Shown: positions 21,436 through 31,857 of the stretch, one piece after another
Layout of the letters: the number at the start of each line of letters is the position of its first letter
Position numbering within the stretch: position 1 is the first letter of the stretch
Origin: a virus
DNA length: 64,000 nt
IMG/VR virus record: IMGVR_UViG_3300044970_000539
Coordinates: 1 to 64,000 of that record
Reading direction: 5' to 3' (one strand)
Position numbers and translations under genes: made by a program
The notes under the pieces: model-generated
Database searches by the model: none
What the model saw: the letters and a program-made list of their open reading frames with translations, nothing else
What the model was told of the DNA's origin: nothing

Positions 21436-21860
21436 TGGTTGATTCAAACATTAAAAAAACAAGGGTTTTAAAATCATCCTTGCCTCCAGTTGACCATGAC
21501 ACAGGAAAATATAATATTAGATATAGAATTATATCTGAAGATAGAAACAGAACTTCGCACTGGTCTCCGATATATAACTCAGACGGCGCTGCCATAATTG
21601 GAACAACTGGTGCCCTTTCAATAACTGAAGAAATAATTACTGCAGTTTGGGGAGATGAAAACCTTCATCCAGAATATGATGTATTTGTTAGTTTTGATGG
21701 AGATCCATTTTTTTGGCACGGTACATCATCAGTTCACTCATATTCTTTTTTAAATGAAGGAACAACAACTGTACATGTAAAAATACAACTATCATCATCT
21801 AAAAAAGAAATAAAGGCAGGATTAGGAATCTTTGATTCTGGATCTCAATCTTTGATATAA
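21435..21860 (+). CDS. Minor tail protein (FnIII-like)
   Basis: YNIRYRIIS...SHWS motif; tail block. Confidence 0.45.
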   Translation: MVDSNIKKTRVLKSSLPPVDHDTGKYNIRYRIISEDRNRTSHWSPIYNSDGAAIIGTTGALSITEEIITAVWGDENLHPEYDVFVSFDGDPFFWHGTSSVHSYSFLNEGTTTVHVKIQLSSSKKEIKAGLGIFDSGSQSLI

Positions 21861-21878
21861 TCTAATAGGAGGAATAAA

Positions 21879-22319
21879 ATGGCAAAAGTACCACTACCAG
21901 AAAGAGGGCAACCTCTTGATGTTACATATATCTATCAGTTAGCAGAAGCAGTAAACGATCTGTCTACTTCTATTTCTGATGCAACATATAACTACACAGA
22001 TGTTGATGTAGTTGGAGCAGAAAAGAAAAGTCTAAAAACTTCAGACACAAAGTTTGTTGGAAAATATAAGTCAATTGCAAACAATGAAACAGTAACTGCT
22101 GGTCAAGAGAAAACATACTCTGTAACATTTTCTAACTTTAAGTTCCCTCCAATTGCTACTGCATCAATTGTAAACCTAAGTGGTACCACTGCTGGATCAA
22201 ACACAAGTGTTGTAATAACTTCTATAACAACTTCAGAGGTTCAATTTATTGTAAAGTTTGGAACTTCTGGAACAGCATCAGTTGGTGTTAATGTTATTGC
22301 CATTGGGGTACCTAACTAA
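21879..22319 (+). CDS. Minor tail/fibre protein (H-type lectin-like C-terminus)
   Basis: F..PP.A.AS...V..IAIG C-terminal signature; AGGAGG RBS. Confidence 0.5.
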   Translation: MAKVPLPERGQPLDVTYIYQLAEAVNDLSTSISDATYNYTDVDVVGAEKKSLKTSDTKFVGKYKSIANNETVTAGQEKTYSVTFSNFKFPPIATASIVNLSGTTAGSNTSVVITSITTSEVQFIVKFGTSGTASVGVNVIAIGVPN

Positions 22320-22320
22320 C

Positions 22321-22509
22321 ATGACTTGTAAAAGATGTGAAGGAAAAATGTTTGTTGATAGAATACATTCAAACGTAGATCACCTAGAGACATATTGTGT
22401 CAAGTGTGGAAATAGAAAATTCTATCATCCACCTAGCGAATCTGTGGAGGGAAAATGGTTACTGCAAAAGGAAAAATTCAGAGCGAAGCATATAATAGCG
22501 AACCTGTAA
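22321..22509 (+). CDS. Small zinc-finger protein
   Basis: CKRC...CVKC; ATG 22321 directly follows the previous stop. Confidence 0.55.
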   Translation: MTCKRCEGKMFVDRIHSNVDHLETYCVKCGNRKFYHPPSESVEGKWLLQKEKFRAKHIIANL

Positions 22510-22997
22510 TTTCTGGCGGTAAAAAGATTTGGTTTCTTAATGGAGACTTAGTAAGACTTCATCATAGTTCTAGATCAACAGGAATGGTAACTGTTTATAA
22601 TATTAACAAAGATAGATTAGAAACTTGCCTTCGTTCTGATTTTAGAAGAAATAGGAAAAGAGCATACACAATTGCTGAGACTGCTAAGTTAGTTAATCGT
22701 CATAGAAAGTATATGCCAAGATTAATAAAACGAGGAGTCATTCCTCCACCAGTGGGGTCAAGCATTGATGGGAAAACAGGATTTCAAATAAGAGCATATT
22801 ACTCAGAAGATCAGGTTAAAGAGATTTGTGCTATACTTGCAACTATACATATTGGACAACCAAGAAAAGACAAATTAATAACAAACAACATGACTCCTAC
22901 AAGCCAAGAGTTGACAAGGCGAATGGGAGACGGTATACTTACATATACGAAGACAGAAGATGGACGATTTATTCCAGTGTGGAGTGAATCTATTTAA
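22455..22997 (+). CDS. HTH (MerR-like) DNA-binding protein
   Basis: YTIAETAKLVNRH...LIKRGVIP...YYSEDQV. Confidence 0.6.
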   Translation: MVTAKGKIQSEAYNSEPVISGGKKIWFLNGDLVRLHHSSRSTGMVTVYNINKDRLETCLRSDFRRNRKRAYTIAETAKLVNRHRKYMPRLIKRGVIPPPVGSSIDGKTGFQIRAYYSEDQVKEICAILATIHIGQPRKDKLITNNMTPTSQELTRRMGDGILTYTKTEDGRFIPVWSESI

Positions 22998-23015
22998 TTA
23001 TTGAATGGGTGGATA

Positions 23016-23222
23016 ATGGAAAACGATAATACAAAGGTATCTGTAACACTTGGATATACGCTTAATCTAGGAAATTTTCAGTCACTACGCCTTGATTTGG
23101 GTATTGTAGATTCAAAGCGTGAAGGCGAAAATGTAGATGAGGCTTTTAGTCGTGTCTATAAGTTTGTAGAAGATAAACTTACAGAGAAGATTCAAGAAGC
23201 AAAATCTGAAATCTCAGAGTAA
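23016..23222 (+). CDS. Conserved hypothetical phage protein
   Basis: GYTLNLGNFQSLRLD motif; coupled to the next gene. Confidence 0.5.
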   Translation: MENDNTKVSVTLGYTLNLGNFQSLRLDLGIVDSKREGENVDEAFSRVYKFVEDKLTEKIQEAKSEISE

Positions 23223-23530
23223 TGGCTGATCGCAAAGACCGAATGGCTTTGCTCAGTAGGTTTAACAAGTTTTACTTGCAACGGTATGAGCAGAAGTCTA
23301 ACATGAATCTAAACGTTGAGCAGTGGGCTGCTGATGCCCTTGTAGAGTCATATGGTATTGCACAGTGTTATGATATTCTTGAATATTACTTTAGCATTGC
23401 ACAAGAACCATCCTGGAATTACTTTGCATATAATGCAGAAAAGATTATTAACGGAAAAGCAGAAGTAGAGCAAGATAAAAAAGAACGTGAAGAGCGCAGG
23501 AGATTAGCAAAGGAGTGGTTAAGTGAATAA
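23222..23530 (+). CDS. Hypothetical protein upstream of the helicase
   Basis: Translationally coupled ORF; function not recognisable. Confidence 0.45.
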   Translation: MADRKDRMALLSRFNKFYLQRYEQKSNMNLNVEQWAADALVESYGIAQCYDILEYYFSIAQEPSWNYFAYNAEKIINGKAEVEQDKKEREERRRLAKEWLSE

Positions 23531-24743
23531 CACAGAGGCAAAGTTAATTTCTGCAGTATTGCAAGACAAACAAATTCACGTACTACTACAGGCAAACGTT
23601 GAAACACTACTAAGAACCCACAACGACGTATGGAACTTTATTCGTTTATATTCTGAAAATAATCAATGCCTACCGCCAGCAGATTTAGTTACAGAAAAGT
23701 TTAGAGACTTTGAACCAGTTCCAGGTATTGGAGCAACAAAACATCATCTAGCAGAATTACAAACAGAATATCTTAATGATAGCCTAAAAGATATATTGCG
23801 TAATGCTGCAGGAGAAGTACAAAGCGGTAATGGTGGGGAAGCCCTTGAACATCTAATTACAAAAACATCTGAGTTAAAAAAGAATACTTCTGCAATTCGT
23901 GACATTGATGCAACAGATCTTGAGTCTGCAGTTGCATACTACGAAATGGTCCAAAAACAAAAAGAGACTGGTCAGATAGGAATTAAAACAAACCTTCCAG
24001 GATTTGATAACTATTTGCCATCTGGAATTATGCCAGGACAACTAGGAGTGTTCCTTGCCTATCCAGGAATTGGTAAGTCATGGATGGCTTTATACTTTGC
24101 AGTTCAAGCATGGAAGCAAGGCAAGTCACCACTTATTATTTCTCTTGAAATGTCTGAGACAGAGGTTCGTAATCGTATTTTTGCAATTATGGGTGAAGGT
24201 CTTTGGTCACATAGAAAATTATCTAATGGTGAAGTTGAGATTGATATGCTTAAGAAGTGGCATGCCAATAAGGTTGCTGGTCGTCCAGAGTTTCATATTA
24301 TCTCAAATGATAGCGGTGGAGAAGTAACTCCTTCAGTTATTCGTGGAAAGATTGATCAGTACCGTCCAGACTTTGTGGTTGTTGACTACTTACAACTTAT
24401 GTCTCCAAACCAAAAGGCTGATTCTGAAACGGTACGAATGAAGAACCTTTCAAGAGAACTTAAACTAATGTCTATTGGTGAAGAAGTACCCATTATTGCT
24501 ATCTCATCTGCAACTCCAGATGATGTAAAAGATCTATCAAGTCCTCCTACACTTGGACAAACTGCTTGGTCTAGACAGATTGCTTATGATGCTGACTGGG
24601 TTATGGCACTTGGTCGTGCAACTAATAGTGATATTATTGAATGTGTATTCCGTAAAAATCGTAATGGGTTTATGGGAGACTTTTTAGTTCAAGTAGATTT
24701 TGACAAGGGCTACTACAGGTATAAAGACTATGAGGAGAAATAA
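23523..24743 (+). CDS. dnaB: DnaB-like replicative helicase
   Basis: Walker A AYPGIGKS, SLEMS, VVVDYLQLM, YDAD and KNRNG. Confidence 0.93.
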   Translation: MNNTEAKLISAVLQDKQIHVLLQANVETLLRTHNDVWNFIRLYSENNQCLPPADLVTEKFRDFEPVPGIGATKHHLAELQTEYLNDSLKDILRNAAGEVQSGNGGEALEHLITKTSELKKNTSAIRDIDATDLESAVAYYEMVQKQKETGQIGIKTNLPGFDNYLPSGIMPGQLGVFLAYPGIGKSWMALYFAVQAWKQGKSPLIISLEMSETEVRNRIFAIMGEGLWSHRKLSNGEVEIDMLKKWHANKVAGRPEFHIISNDSGGEVTPSVIRGKIDQYRPDFVVVDYLQLMSPNQKADSETVRMKNLSRELKLMSIGEEVPIIAISSATPDDVKDLSSPPTLGQTAWSRQIAYDADWVMALGRATNSDIIECVFRKNRNGFMGDFLVQVDFDKGYYRYKDYEEK

Positions 24744-25474
24744 TGTTTAATAAAAATAATAACAAACAGATATTTTTTAAAGAAACAACACCTGCAGCAA
24801 AACATCTGTTACAAATGCCAAAACCAGCAACAAACCATGTTCCTAAATGGTATAAGGATGATAAACTTTTTGTTAGTGGGCATAATGATTTTCTGAGGTC
24901 TTATCGTGATAAGTCAAGGGGTACATACAAGTTATGTGTTCCATTAGTAGACTCGCTAACCGCTGGTTATATTTTTGTTACTCCATGCGATATACTTGTA
25001 ACCAATGCTTCTAAAGATAAATATACACCATTACTTCAATGGAAAGTAGACTGGGCTCCAGTGGAAGTGCAGCCACAAGAAATTTTGGCAAATTTACCAA
25101 TACCTTTTGGTCACAGTTTAACTTCATTCAGATGGGCTACTGATTGGCAAATCATTACTCCAGAAGGATATAGTTTATGGATAACTCATCCATCTCATAG
25201 ATATGATCTTCCATTTACTACAATGACTGCATTTGTAGACACCGACAGACATCCAAATAATCTTTTCTTTCCATTTTTCATAAGAGATGGATTTGAGGGT
25301 ATTATTCCAGAAGGAACCCCTATAGCACAAGTTATACCAGTTAAAAGGGATATTTGGAAATCAGAAAAAATAGACTATGATCCAGAAAAAGAGTTTATGA
25401 CTAACAATATTATGAAGACCAACATGATTAGAACATATAAAAATAAGTTTTGGTCAAAAAAAGAGTATAAATAG
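24743..25474 (+). CDS. Hypothetical protein with possible dUTPase-like fold; paralogue of 59142..59834
   Basis: P.WYK, K.C.P..D...GY, HP..RYDLPF, VDTD and GTPIAQVIP motifs. Confidence 0.55.
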   Translation: MFNKNNNKQIFFKETTPAAKHLLQMPKPATNHVPKWYKDDKLFVSGHNDFLRSYRDKSRGTYKLCVPLVDSLTAGYIFVTPCDILVTNASKDKYTPLLQWKVDWAPVEVQPQEILANLPIPFGHSLTSFRWATDWQIITPEGYSLWITHPSHRYDLPFTTMTAFVDTDRHPNNLFFPFFIRDGFEGIIPEGTPIAQVIPVKRDIWKSEKIDYDPEKEFMTNNIMKTNMIRTYKNKFWSKKEYK

Positions 25475-25477
25475 ATT

Positions 25478-26401
25478 ATGTTAAAAAATATATATACTCA
25501 GGATCAAATTAAACGTGTTCTTGTTGGTTCTGGAGTTGACATTGAGGCAGAGTTTGGTAACGACTTTATAATCTTTTGTCCTTATCATAATAACAATAGA
25601 ACACCTGCTGGTGAAGTTGCAAAAGATAGTGGACTATTCTTTTGCTTTGGTTGCCAGACAACAAAGAACTTAGAAGAACTAATAATGCACATGTCTGGAC
25701 GAACATACTTTGAGGCAGTTCGTTATATTAAAAGTAAAGAAACAGAGCACGATATTGAAAAGTTAGTTAATAAGACATTGGTTGCACCACCAGAGTTTAC
25801 TCCATATGATGAGTTAATCTTAAAGCGTTTACATAACCAGTTGCTTGCAGAAGAAAAACCTAAAAATTATCTTAAGTATAGAAAGATTAACAGTTCTTCC
25901 TTTACAAAGTTTTCACTTGGATATTCAGAAAAACAAGATTCAATAACCATACCAATGCATTCACCAGATGGCATGTGCCTTGGTTTTGTTGCAAGAACCA
26001 TTGAAGGTAAAGATTTTAAAAATACACCAGGATTACCAAAGGGTAAAATATTATTTAACCTGCACAGAATTAAATCATCTGGTACAGTATATGTAGTTGA
26101 ATCATCCTTTGATGCTATTCGACTAGACCAAGTAGGTTTCCCAGCAGTTGCTACTCTGGGTGCTAATGTATCTAATTCTCAAATTAGATTGTTAGAAAAG
26201 TACTTCACAAACGTTGTACTAATTGCAGATAACGATGAGGCTGGTAATATAATGAAAGATAAGTTAGTTGAAAAACTTGGATCTTTGGTTACTACTATCA
26301 GGCTTGATAAAAAATATAAAGACATAGGTGATATGGATGATGAAGAAATTAAGAACTTAGAGTTCCAGTTTGACAAATCTATATCTGCTATGCTAAACTA
26401 A
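25478..26401 (+). CDS. dnaG: DNA primase (CHC2 zinc finger plus TOPRIM)
   Basis: CPYH...CFGC; VVES.FD; DNDEAG; KDIGD. Confidence 0.9.
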   Translation: MLKNIYTQDQIKRVLVGSGVDIEAEFGNDFIIFCPYHNNNRTPAGEVAKDSGLFFCFGCQTTKNLEELIMHMSGRTYFEAVRYIKSKETEHDIEKLVNKTLVAPPEFTPYDELILKRLHNQLLAEEKPKNYLKYRKINSSSFTKFSLGYSEKQDSITIPMHSPDGMCLGFVARTIEGKDFKNTPGLPKGKILFNLHRIKSSGTVYVVESSFDAIRLDQVGFPAVATLGANVSNSQIRLLEKYFTNVVLIADNDEAGNIMKDKLVEKLGSLVTTIRLDKKYKDIGDMDDEEIKNLEFQFDKSISAMLN

Positions 26402-26425
26402 TATAACAACACGAAGGAGAAAAAT

Positions 26426-27082
26426 ATGAGTATTGTAAAGGGACTGAAGAACATTGAAACCCTACTCGAAAAGCCAAAGTATGACGAGAATGCACCAAAG
26501 GTAAAGTGGCTAAAACTTGCCGATGGACAATCAGTAAAGATCCGATTCATTGAAGAGTTGGACGAAGATTCTGCAAACTATAATGCAGAGCGTGGACTTG
26601 CACTAGTTGTTAAGGAACACACAAATCCAAAGGACTATAAGCGTAAGGCTGTAGACACAATGGAAACAGAAGGCCGTGACTGGGCAGAAGAAATGCATCG
26701 CAAAGATCCAAAGGCTGGCTGGAGAGCCCGTCTTCGCTTCTATTGCAACGTTCTTGTAGACGACGGCATTGAAGCACCATATGTTGCAATTTGGAATATG
26801 GGTATTAGCAAGCAGTCATCATTTAATACAATTCGTGAGTATGCTCTTGAAACAGGAAGCATCTCTAACGTACTATGGAAGTTAAAGCGTAATGGTCAGG
26901 GTACTGAAACCAATTACACACTTATTCCATCAGCGCCAGATAAGGAACCATTTAACTGGGGAGACATCAAGCCTTATCCACTAGAATCTGCACTACGCAA
27001 GATTCCATACGCAGAACAAGAAGCGTTCTATTTGGGGTTTGACACTCCATCTATAACTTCATCTACCAACGCAGATTGGTAA
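26426..27082 (+). CDS. Putative ssDNA-binding protein
   Basis: Between primase and polymerase; OB-like W.KL..G..IRF and KRNG.GT.T.Y motifs. Confidence 0.6.
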   Translation: MSIVKGLKNIETLLEKPKYDENAPKVKWLKLADGQSVKIRFIEELDEDSANYNAERGLALVVKEHTNPKDYKRKAVDTMETEGRDWAEEMHRKDPKAGWRARLRFYCNVLVDDGIEAPYVAIWNMGISKQSSFNTIREYALETGSISNVLWKLKRNGQGTETNYTLIPSAPDKEPFNWGDIKPYPLESALRKIPYAEQEAFYLGFDTPSITSSTNADW

Positions 27083-27083
27083 T

Positions 27084-30000
27084 ATGAACTACGTAGGCTT
27101 ACACGTACATACCCATTACTCACTATTTGACGGCGTAGCAACTCCAAAAGAGTATGTTGACCGTGCTAGTGCTTTAGGCATGCCAGCAATCGCAATCACA
27201 GACCATGGTACGTTGTCTGGTCATCGTGAGATGTATCGCATGGCTAAAGAAAAGGGTATTAAGCCGATTCTAGGTCTAGAAGGATATATGTGTGCAGACA
27301 TATCTGATACACGAGATAAGTCTGAAAGAGAAGGTCAGCAAGATCTTGTCTATAATCACATTATCCTTCTAGCCAAGAATAAAATTGGTTTGGAAAACCT
27401 AAACAAGATTAGCGAATTATCTTGGACAGATGGATTTTTTAAGAAGCCAAGGTTTGATTTTGATATTCTACAAAAGTATCGTGAAGGAATTATTGTAACT
27501 TCTGCCTGTCCAAGTAGTGTTATTGTTAAGGCATTAGAAGAAGAAGAGTTTGCTCTTGCTAAAAAATATATTCAGTGGTTTAAAGATAACTTTGGCAGCG
27601 ATTACTACATTGAGGTAATGCCACACAATGAAGCACACATAAACAAATACCTAATAGAACTAGCAGACGAGTTTGGCATTAAGGTTGTTGTGACACCAGA
27701 CTGTCACCACGTTGACCAATCACAAAGAGAAGTACAAGAGTTTAAATTGTTGCTTAACACACATGGTAAAGTAAACAAAGAAGCAACATATGAAAAGTCA
27801 AAAAAGCAACCAGACATGATGAAGCGACTTGACTATCTGTATGGAGAAGATCGCCAGATAACATTTAATAAGTTTGATATCCACCTTTTGTCTTATGAGG
27901 AGATGAAGGCAGCGATGGAATTGCAGGGTATTGATAGACCTGACATCTATGCAAACACACTCCTACTAGCAGACACAGTAGAAGACTATGAAATACAAGA
28001 TGGACTAAACCTACTACCAGTTCAATACAAGAGTCCAGATAAGGAACTTGCTAAGATTGCTTTAGAAGGTTTACAACTAAAAGGTTTGTCAGAGAATAAA
28101 GAGTATCTAGATAGACTTGATGAAGAACTTAAAATTATTAAAGACAAGAAGTTTGCTCCATATTTCCTTGTAGTTCAAAGCATGATTGCTTGGGCTAAGA
28201 AGGAAGGTATCATGGTAGGTCCAGGTCGTGGATCTGCTGCTGGCTCATTGGTTTGTTACTCACTTGGAATTACAGATATTGATCCAATTAAGTACGGACT
28301 GCTGTTCTTCCGATTTATTAATCCAGAACGTAATGATTTTCCTGATATTGATACAGATATTCAAGATAACAGACGTGATGAAGTTAAAGATTATCTTGTT
28401 AGACAATATAGACACGTTGCATCTATTGCAACATTCCTTGAATTTAAAGACAAGGGTGTTGTGCGAGATGTAGCCAGAGTTTTAGATATTCCTTTAACAG
28501 ATGTAAACAAAGTTTTAAAGTTGGTAGACACTTGGGACGAATATTGTTCATCAAGGACTACGGCTTGGTTTAGAGAAAAGTATCCAGAGGTGGAGGTTTA
28601 TGGTGAACAATTACGTGGTCGTATTCGTGGTACTGGTATACACGCTGCTGGTGTGGTCACTAGCAAAGATCCGATTTTTAGGTTTGCTCCAATGGAAACG
28701 AGATCTAGTCCTGGGTCTGATGAACGTATACCTGTGGTTGGTGTCGACATGGAAGAGGCTGAACGCATCGGCCTTATAAAAATTGATGCACTTGGTCTTA
28801 AGACATTGAGTGTTATTCAAGATGCAGTTGCTATGATTAAAGAAAATCATTACAAAGATATTGATTTAGATTCTCTTGATCTTGCAGATGCAAAAGTTTA
28901 TGAAATGCTTTCAGATGGATATACAAAGGGAGTATTTCAGTGTGAAGCAACCCCTTACACAAATCTTTTAGTTAAGATGGGTGTAAAGAATTTTAATGAA
29001 CTTGCTGCATCAAATGCACTTGTTCGCCCTGGTGCTATGAATACTATTGGTAAAGACTACATTGCCCGTAAACACGGAAAGCAAAATGTATCTTATACGC
29101 ACCAAATTATGAAAGAGTTTACGGAGGATACCTATGGCTGTGTTCTTTACCAAGAGCAAGTTATGCAAGCATGCGTACACCTTGGACAAATGTCCATGTC
29201 GGAAGCAGATAAAGTTAGAAAAATCATTGGAAAGAAAAAGGATGCTAAAGAGTTTGACGTATACAAAGAGCAATTTGTCAAAGGTGCTTCTGCCTATATT
29301 GCTCCCAATCAGGCTCTTGATTTATGGCATGACTTTGAAGCACATGCGGGGTACTCATTCAACAAGTCTCATGCGGTTGCTTACTCTACGCTCTCGTATT
29401 GGACGGCGTGGTTAAAATACTACTACCCTCTTGAGTTTATGTTTGCATTACTTAAGAATGAAAAAGACAAAGATGGTCGCACAGAATATCTAATTGAAGC
29501 AAAGCGTATGGGAATCCCTATTAAGTTGCCACACATTAATGATTCTGACTTTGACTTTAAGATTGAAGGTAAGGGAATTAGATTTGGATTGACTGGAATT
29601 AAGTTTATTTCAACTAACATTGCTGAAAAATATGTTGCTGCTAGACCTTTTAGTTCCTATAAAGAACTTGAAGAGTTTACTTTTACAAAAGGCAATGGAG
29701 TAAATAGTCGTGCACTTAATGCTTTACGTGTTATTGGCGCAGCAACATTTCCAGATCAGCCAAGAAATGATAGTGAGATTAAAGAAAATCTATACGAATA
29801 TTTAAACCTTCCAGAGTTTAATATTACAATACCATCTCACTATTATGCATTTATTCAGGATGTTGACTCATTTGAAGAAAAGGGGTCTTTTATTCTTATG
29901 GGAATGGTCAAGGCAATTAAAAGAGGAACAGGATGGTCACGAATTGAAATTTTGGACAAGACTGGCAGTGTTGGTATATTTGATGAAGAGTCTACGACTA

Positions 30001-30356
30001 TTGAGACTGGCCGTACTTATCTTATTCTTGCAAATGATAATAGGATTGTGTCTGCAATACCTGTTGACGAGATAAAAGGATCTTCTAACGCACTAGTAAA
30101 GTTTTTAAGTTATAAGCAATTGCCTTATTCTGAAGAAGAAATGTTTGTTGTTTCTTTTAAACCAAGAATGACAAAGGCTGGAAAGAAGATGGCTTCTCTA
30201 ACTTTGGCAGATACAAGTAGAGAACTTCACTCTGTAACTGTATTTCCTACCGCATTTCCTAGAGCATACATGCACATTGAAGAAGGTAAGGCTTATAAGT
30301 TTAGTTTTGGAAAAACGAAAGACGGAACAGTAACATTGGAGGATGTACATGTTTGA
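27084..30356 (+). CDS. dnaE: DNA polymerase III alpha subunit
   Basis: PHP domain HVHTHYS/TDHG; GPGRGSAAGS; catalytic PDIDTD; HAAGVV; YSFNKSHA. Confidence 0.97.
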   Translation: MNYVGLHVHTHYSLFDGVATPKEYVDRASALGMPAIAITDHGTLSGHREMYRMAKEKGIKPILGLEGYMCADISDTRDKSEREGQQDLVYNHIILLAKNKIGLENLNKISELSWTDGFFKKPRFDFDILQKYREGIIVTSACPSSVIVKALEEEEFALAKKYIQWFKDNFGSDYYIEVMPHNEAHINKYLIELADEFGIKVVVTPDCHHVDQSQREVQEFKLLLNTHGKVNKEATYEKSKKQPDMMKRLDYLYGEDRQITFNKFDIHLLSYEEMKAAMELQGIDRPDIYANTLLLADTVEDYEIQDGLNLLPVQYKSPDKELAKIALEGLQLKGLSENKEYLDRLDEELKIIKDKKFAPYFLVVQSMIAWAKKEGIMVGPGRGSAAGSLVCYSLGITDIDPIKYGLLFFRFINPERNDFPDIDTDIQDNRRDEVKDYLVRQYRHVASIATFLEFKDKGVVRDVARVLDIPLTDVNKVLKLVDTWDEYCSSRTTAWFREKYPEVEVYGEQLRGRIRGTGIHAAGVVTSKDPIFRFAPMETRSSPGSDERIPVVGVDMEEAERIGLIKIDALGLKTLSVIQDAVAMIKENHYKDIDLDSLDLADAKVYEMLSDGYTKGVFQCEATPYTNLLVKMGVKNFNELAASNALVRPGAMNTIGKDYIARKHGKQNVSYTHQIMKEFTEDTYGCVLYQEQVMQACVHLGQMSMSEADKVRKIIGKKKDAKEFDVYKEQFVKGASAYIAPNQALDLWHDFEAHAGYSFNKSHAVAYSTLSYWTAWLKYYYPLEFMFALLKNEKDKDGRTEYLIEAKRMGIPIKLPHINDSDFDFKIEGKGIRFGLTGIKFISTNIAEKYVAARPFSSYKELEEFTFTKGNGVNSRALNALRVIGAATFPDQPRNDSEIKENLYEYLNLPEFNITIPSHYYAFIQDVDSFEEKGSFILMGMVKAIKRGTGWSRIEILDKTGSVGIFDEESTTIETGRTYLILANDNRIVSAIPVDEIKGSSNALVKFLSYKQLPYSEEEMFVVSFKPRMTKAGKKMASLTLADTSRELHSVTVFPTAFPRAYMHIEEGKAYKFSFGKTKDGTVTLEDVHV

Positions 30357-30666
30357 TCAATTAGCAGAAAAAATACACGCAAATGCAATAGAGAAAGGGT
30401 TTTGGGATCGTCCAGCAGATGAAATTTTTGTAACAAAGCAAATGATGATGATCGTATCTGAAGTTGTTGAAGCAATGGAAGCATTAAGAAAAGAGATGGA
30501 CCCAGATCAATTATCAGATGAGTTTGCAGACATTATAATTCGTACCCTAGATCTTTATGCAGGCATGGTAAAGGCAGGGTATGTAACTAAATCATTAGAT
30601 TCTGCAGTTAAACAAAAGATAGAAAAAAATCAGGATAGACCAAAGAAGCATGGGGTAAGATTTTAA
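30343..30666 (+). CDS. MazG-like NTP pyrophosphohydrolase
   Basis: SEVVEAMEA...DEFADIIIR motif. Confidence 0.8.
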   Translation: MYMFDQLAEKIHANAIEKGFWDRPADEIFVTKQMMMIVSEVVEAMEALRKEMDPDQLSDEFADIIIRTLDLYAGMVKAGYVTKSLDSAVKQKIEKNQDRPKKHGVRF

Positions 30667-31679
30667 TGGCAGTCACAATGGAAGAAGTATTAGCACAGTT
30701 AGACCCTAAATTAAGAAAGAGATTGGGTAGTGGTGTTGGAGTAAACTTTGAGTATCAGCCTACTCCAAGTTTTGGATTAAACCGTGCACTAGGCGGAGGA
30801 CTGCCTTATGGACGACAGGTCCTTATCTGGGGATCAAAGTCGTCTGCAAAGTCCTCTATGTGCCTTCAGATGATTGCTATGGCACAAAAAGAAGGCAAGG
30901 TCTGTGCATGGATTGACTCTGAAATGTCATACTCTGAAGACTGGGCTGTAAAACTTGGGGTAGATCCAACTAAACTAATCTACTCACAAGCAAGAACTAT
31001 CAGTGATATGGTAGATGTAGGTGTTGGACTAATAAATGCTGGTGTTGACTTAATCGTAATAGACTCTATTACATCAATGCTTCCTGCAATCTATTTTGAA
31101 AAAGATACCGATGATATGAAGGCATTAGAAAATACAAAGCAAATCGGAGCAGAGTCTCGTGACTTTAGTAATGCTTGGAAGATGCTTAACTATGCAAACA
31201 ATAAGGTTAAGCCAACCCTACTTGTACTTATTTCTCAGTCTCGTAATAATATTAATGCTATGTATACTAGCCAACAACCTTCTGGTGGTCAGGCTACTAA
31301 GTTTTATTCCTCATGCGTTATTAAATTGTTTTCATCAGAGTCAGACAATCAAGCACTTAAAGGCAAGATTAAGGTAGGAGATAAACTAATTGAAGAAAAA
31401 GTTGGTAGAAAGATTCGCTGGGAACTACAGTTCTCCAAAACCTCTCCAGGGTTCCAATCTGGTGAGTATGATTTTTATTTTAGAGGTGACGATATTGGTA
31501 TTGATGCCATTGGTGATTTGGTTGATACAGCAGAGTCAGTAGGACTGGTTAATCGTACTGGTGCATGGTATCAACTTGATGATGGTACAAAAGTTCAAGG
31601 AAGAGATGGATTTATTAGTCGTGTAAGAGAAGACCTTGATTTACAGCAAAGCCTAAGAGATAAATTGGCAAATGGCTGA
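30666..31679 (+). CDS. recA: RecA recombinase
   Basis: LNRALGGGLPYGR, WIDSE, VIDSI, ISQ.R, GG.A.KFYSS and GAWY. Confidence 0.92.
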   Translation: MAVTMEEVLAQLDPKLRKRLGSGVGVNFEYQPTPSFGLNRALGGGLPYGRQVLIWGSKSSAKSSMCLQMIAMAQKEGKVCAWIDSEMSYSEDWAVKLGVDPTKLIYSQARTISDMVDVGVGLINAGVDLIVIDSITSMLPAIYFEKDTDDMKALENTKQIGAESRDFSNAWKMLNYANNKVKPTLLVLISQSRNNINAMYTSQQPSGGQATKFYSSCVIKLFSSESDNQALKGKIKVGDKLIEEKVGRKIRWELQFSKTSPGFQSGEYDFYFRGDDIGIDAIGDLVDTAESVGLVNRTGAWYQLDDGTKVQGRDGFISRVREDLDLQQSLRDKLANG

Positions 31680-31857
31680 TAGTAATTTTACTATATATCA
31701 TGGAAAGTTTCCATGCAAAAAATGCCATGAAGAAGTCTTATCTTTAAGACTTTGGAGTGAAACTGGAGATGCAACCTGGATGTGTTCTGCAAAGCATGTG
31801 TCAAAAGTTGCGCTAGTGCCATCAAAAAAGAAAAAGAAAGATTTTGTTAATGAGTGA
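31672..31857 (+). CDS. Small zinc-binding protein
   Basis: CKKC...C..H; coupled ORF. Confidence 0.5.
   Translation: MADSNFTIYHGKFPCKKCHEEVLSLRLWSETGDATWMCSAKHVSKVALVPSKKKKKDFVNE

Noticed and set aside
27084-30356. Intein or intron in dnaE (also checked dnaB, recA and terL)
   Set aside because: Lengths are ordinary, motifs are contiguous, and no splice-junction or LAGLIDADG signatures were seen.
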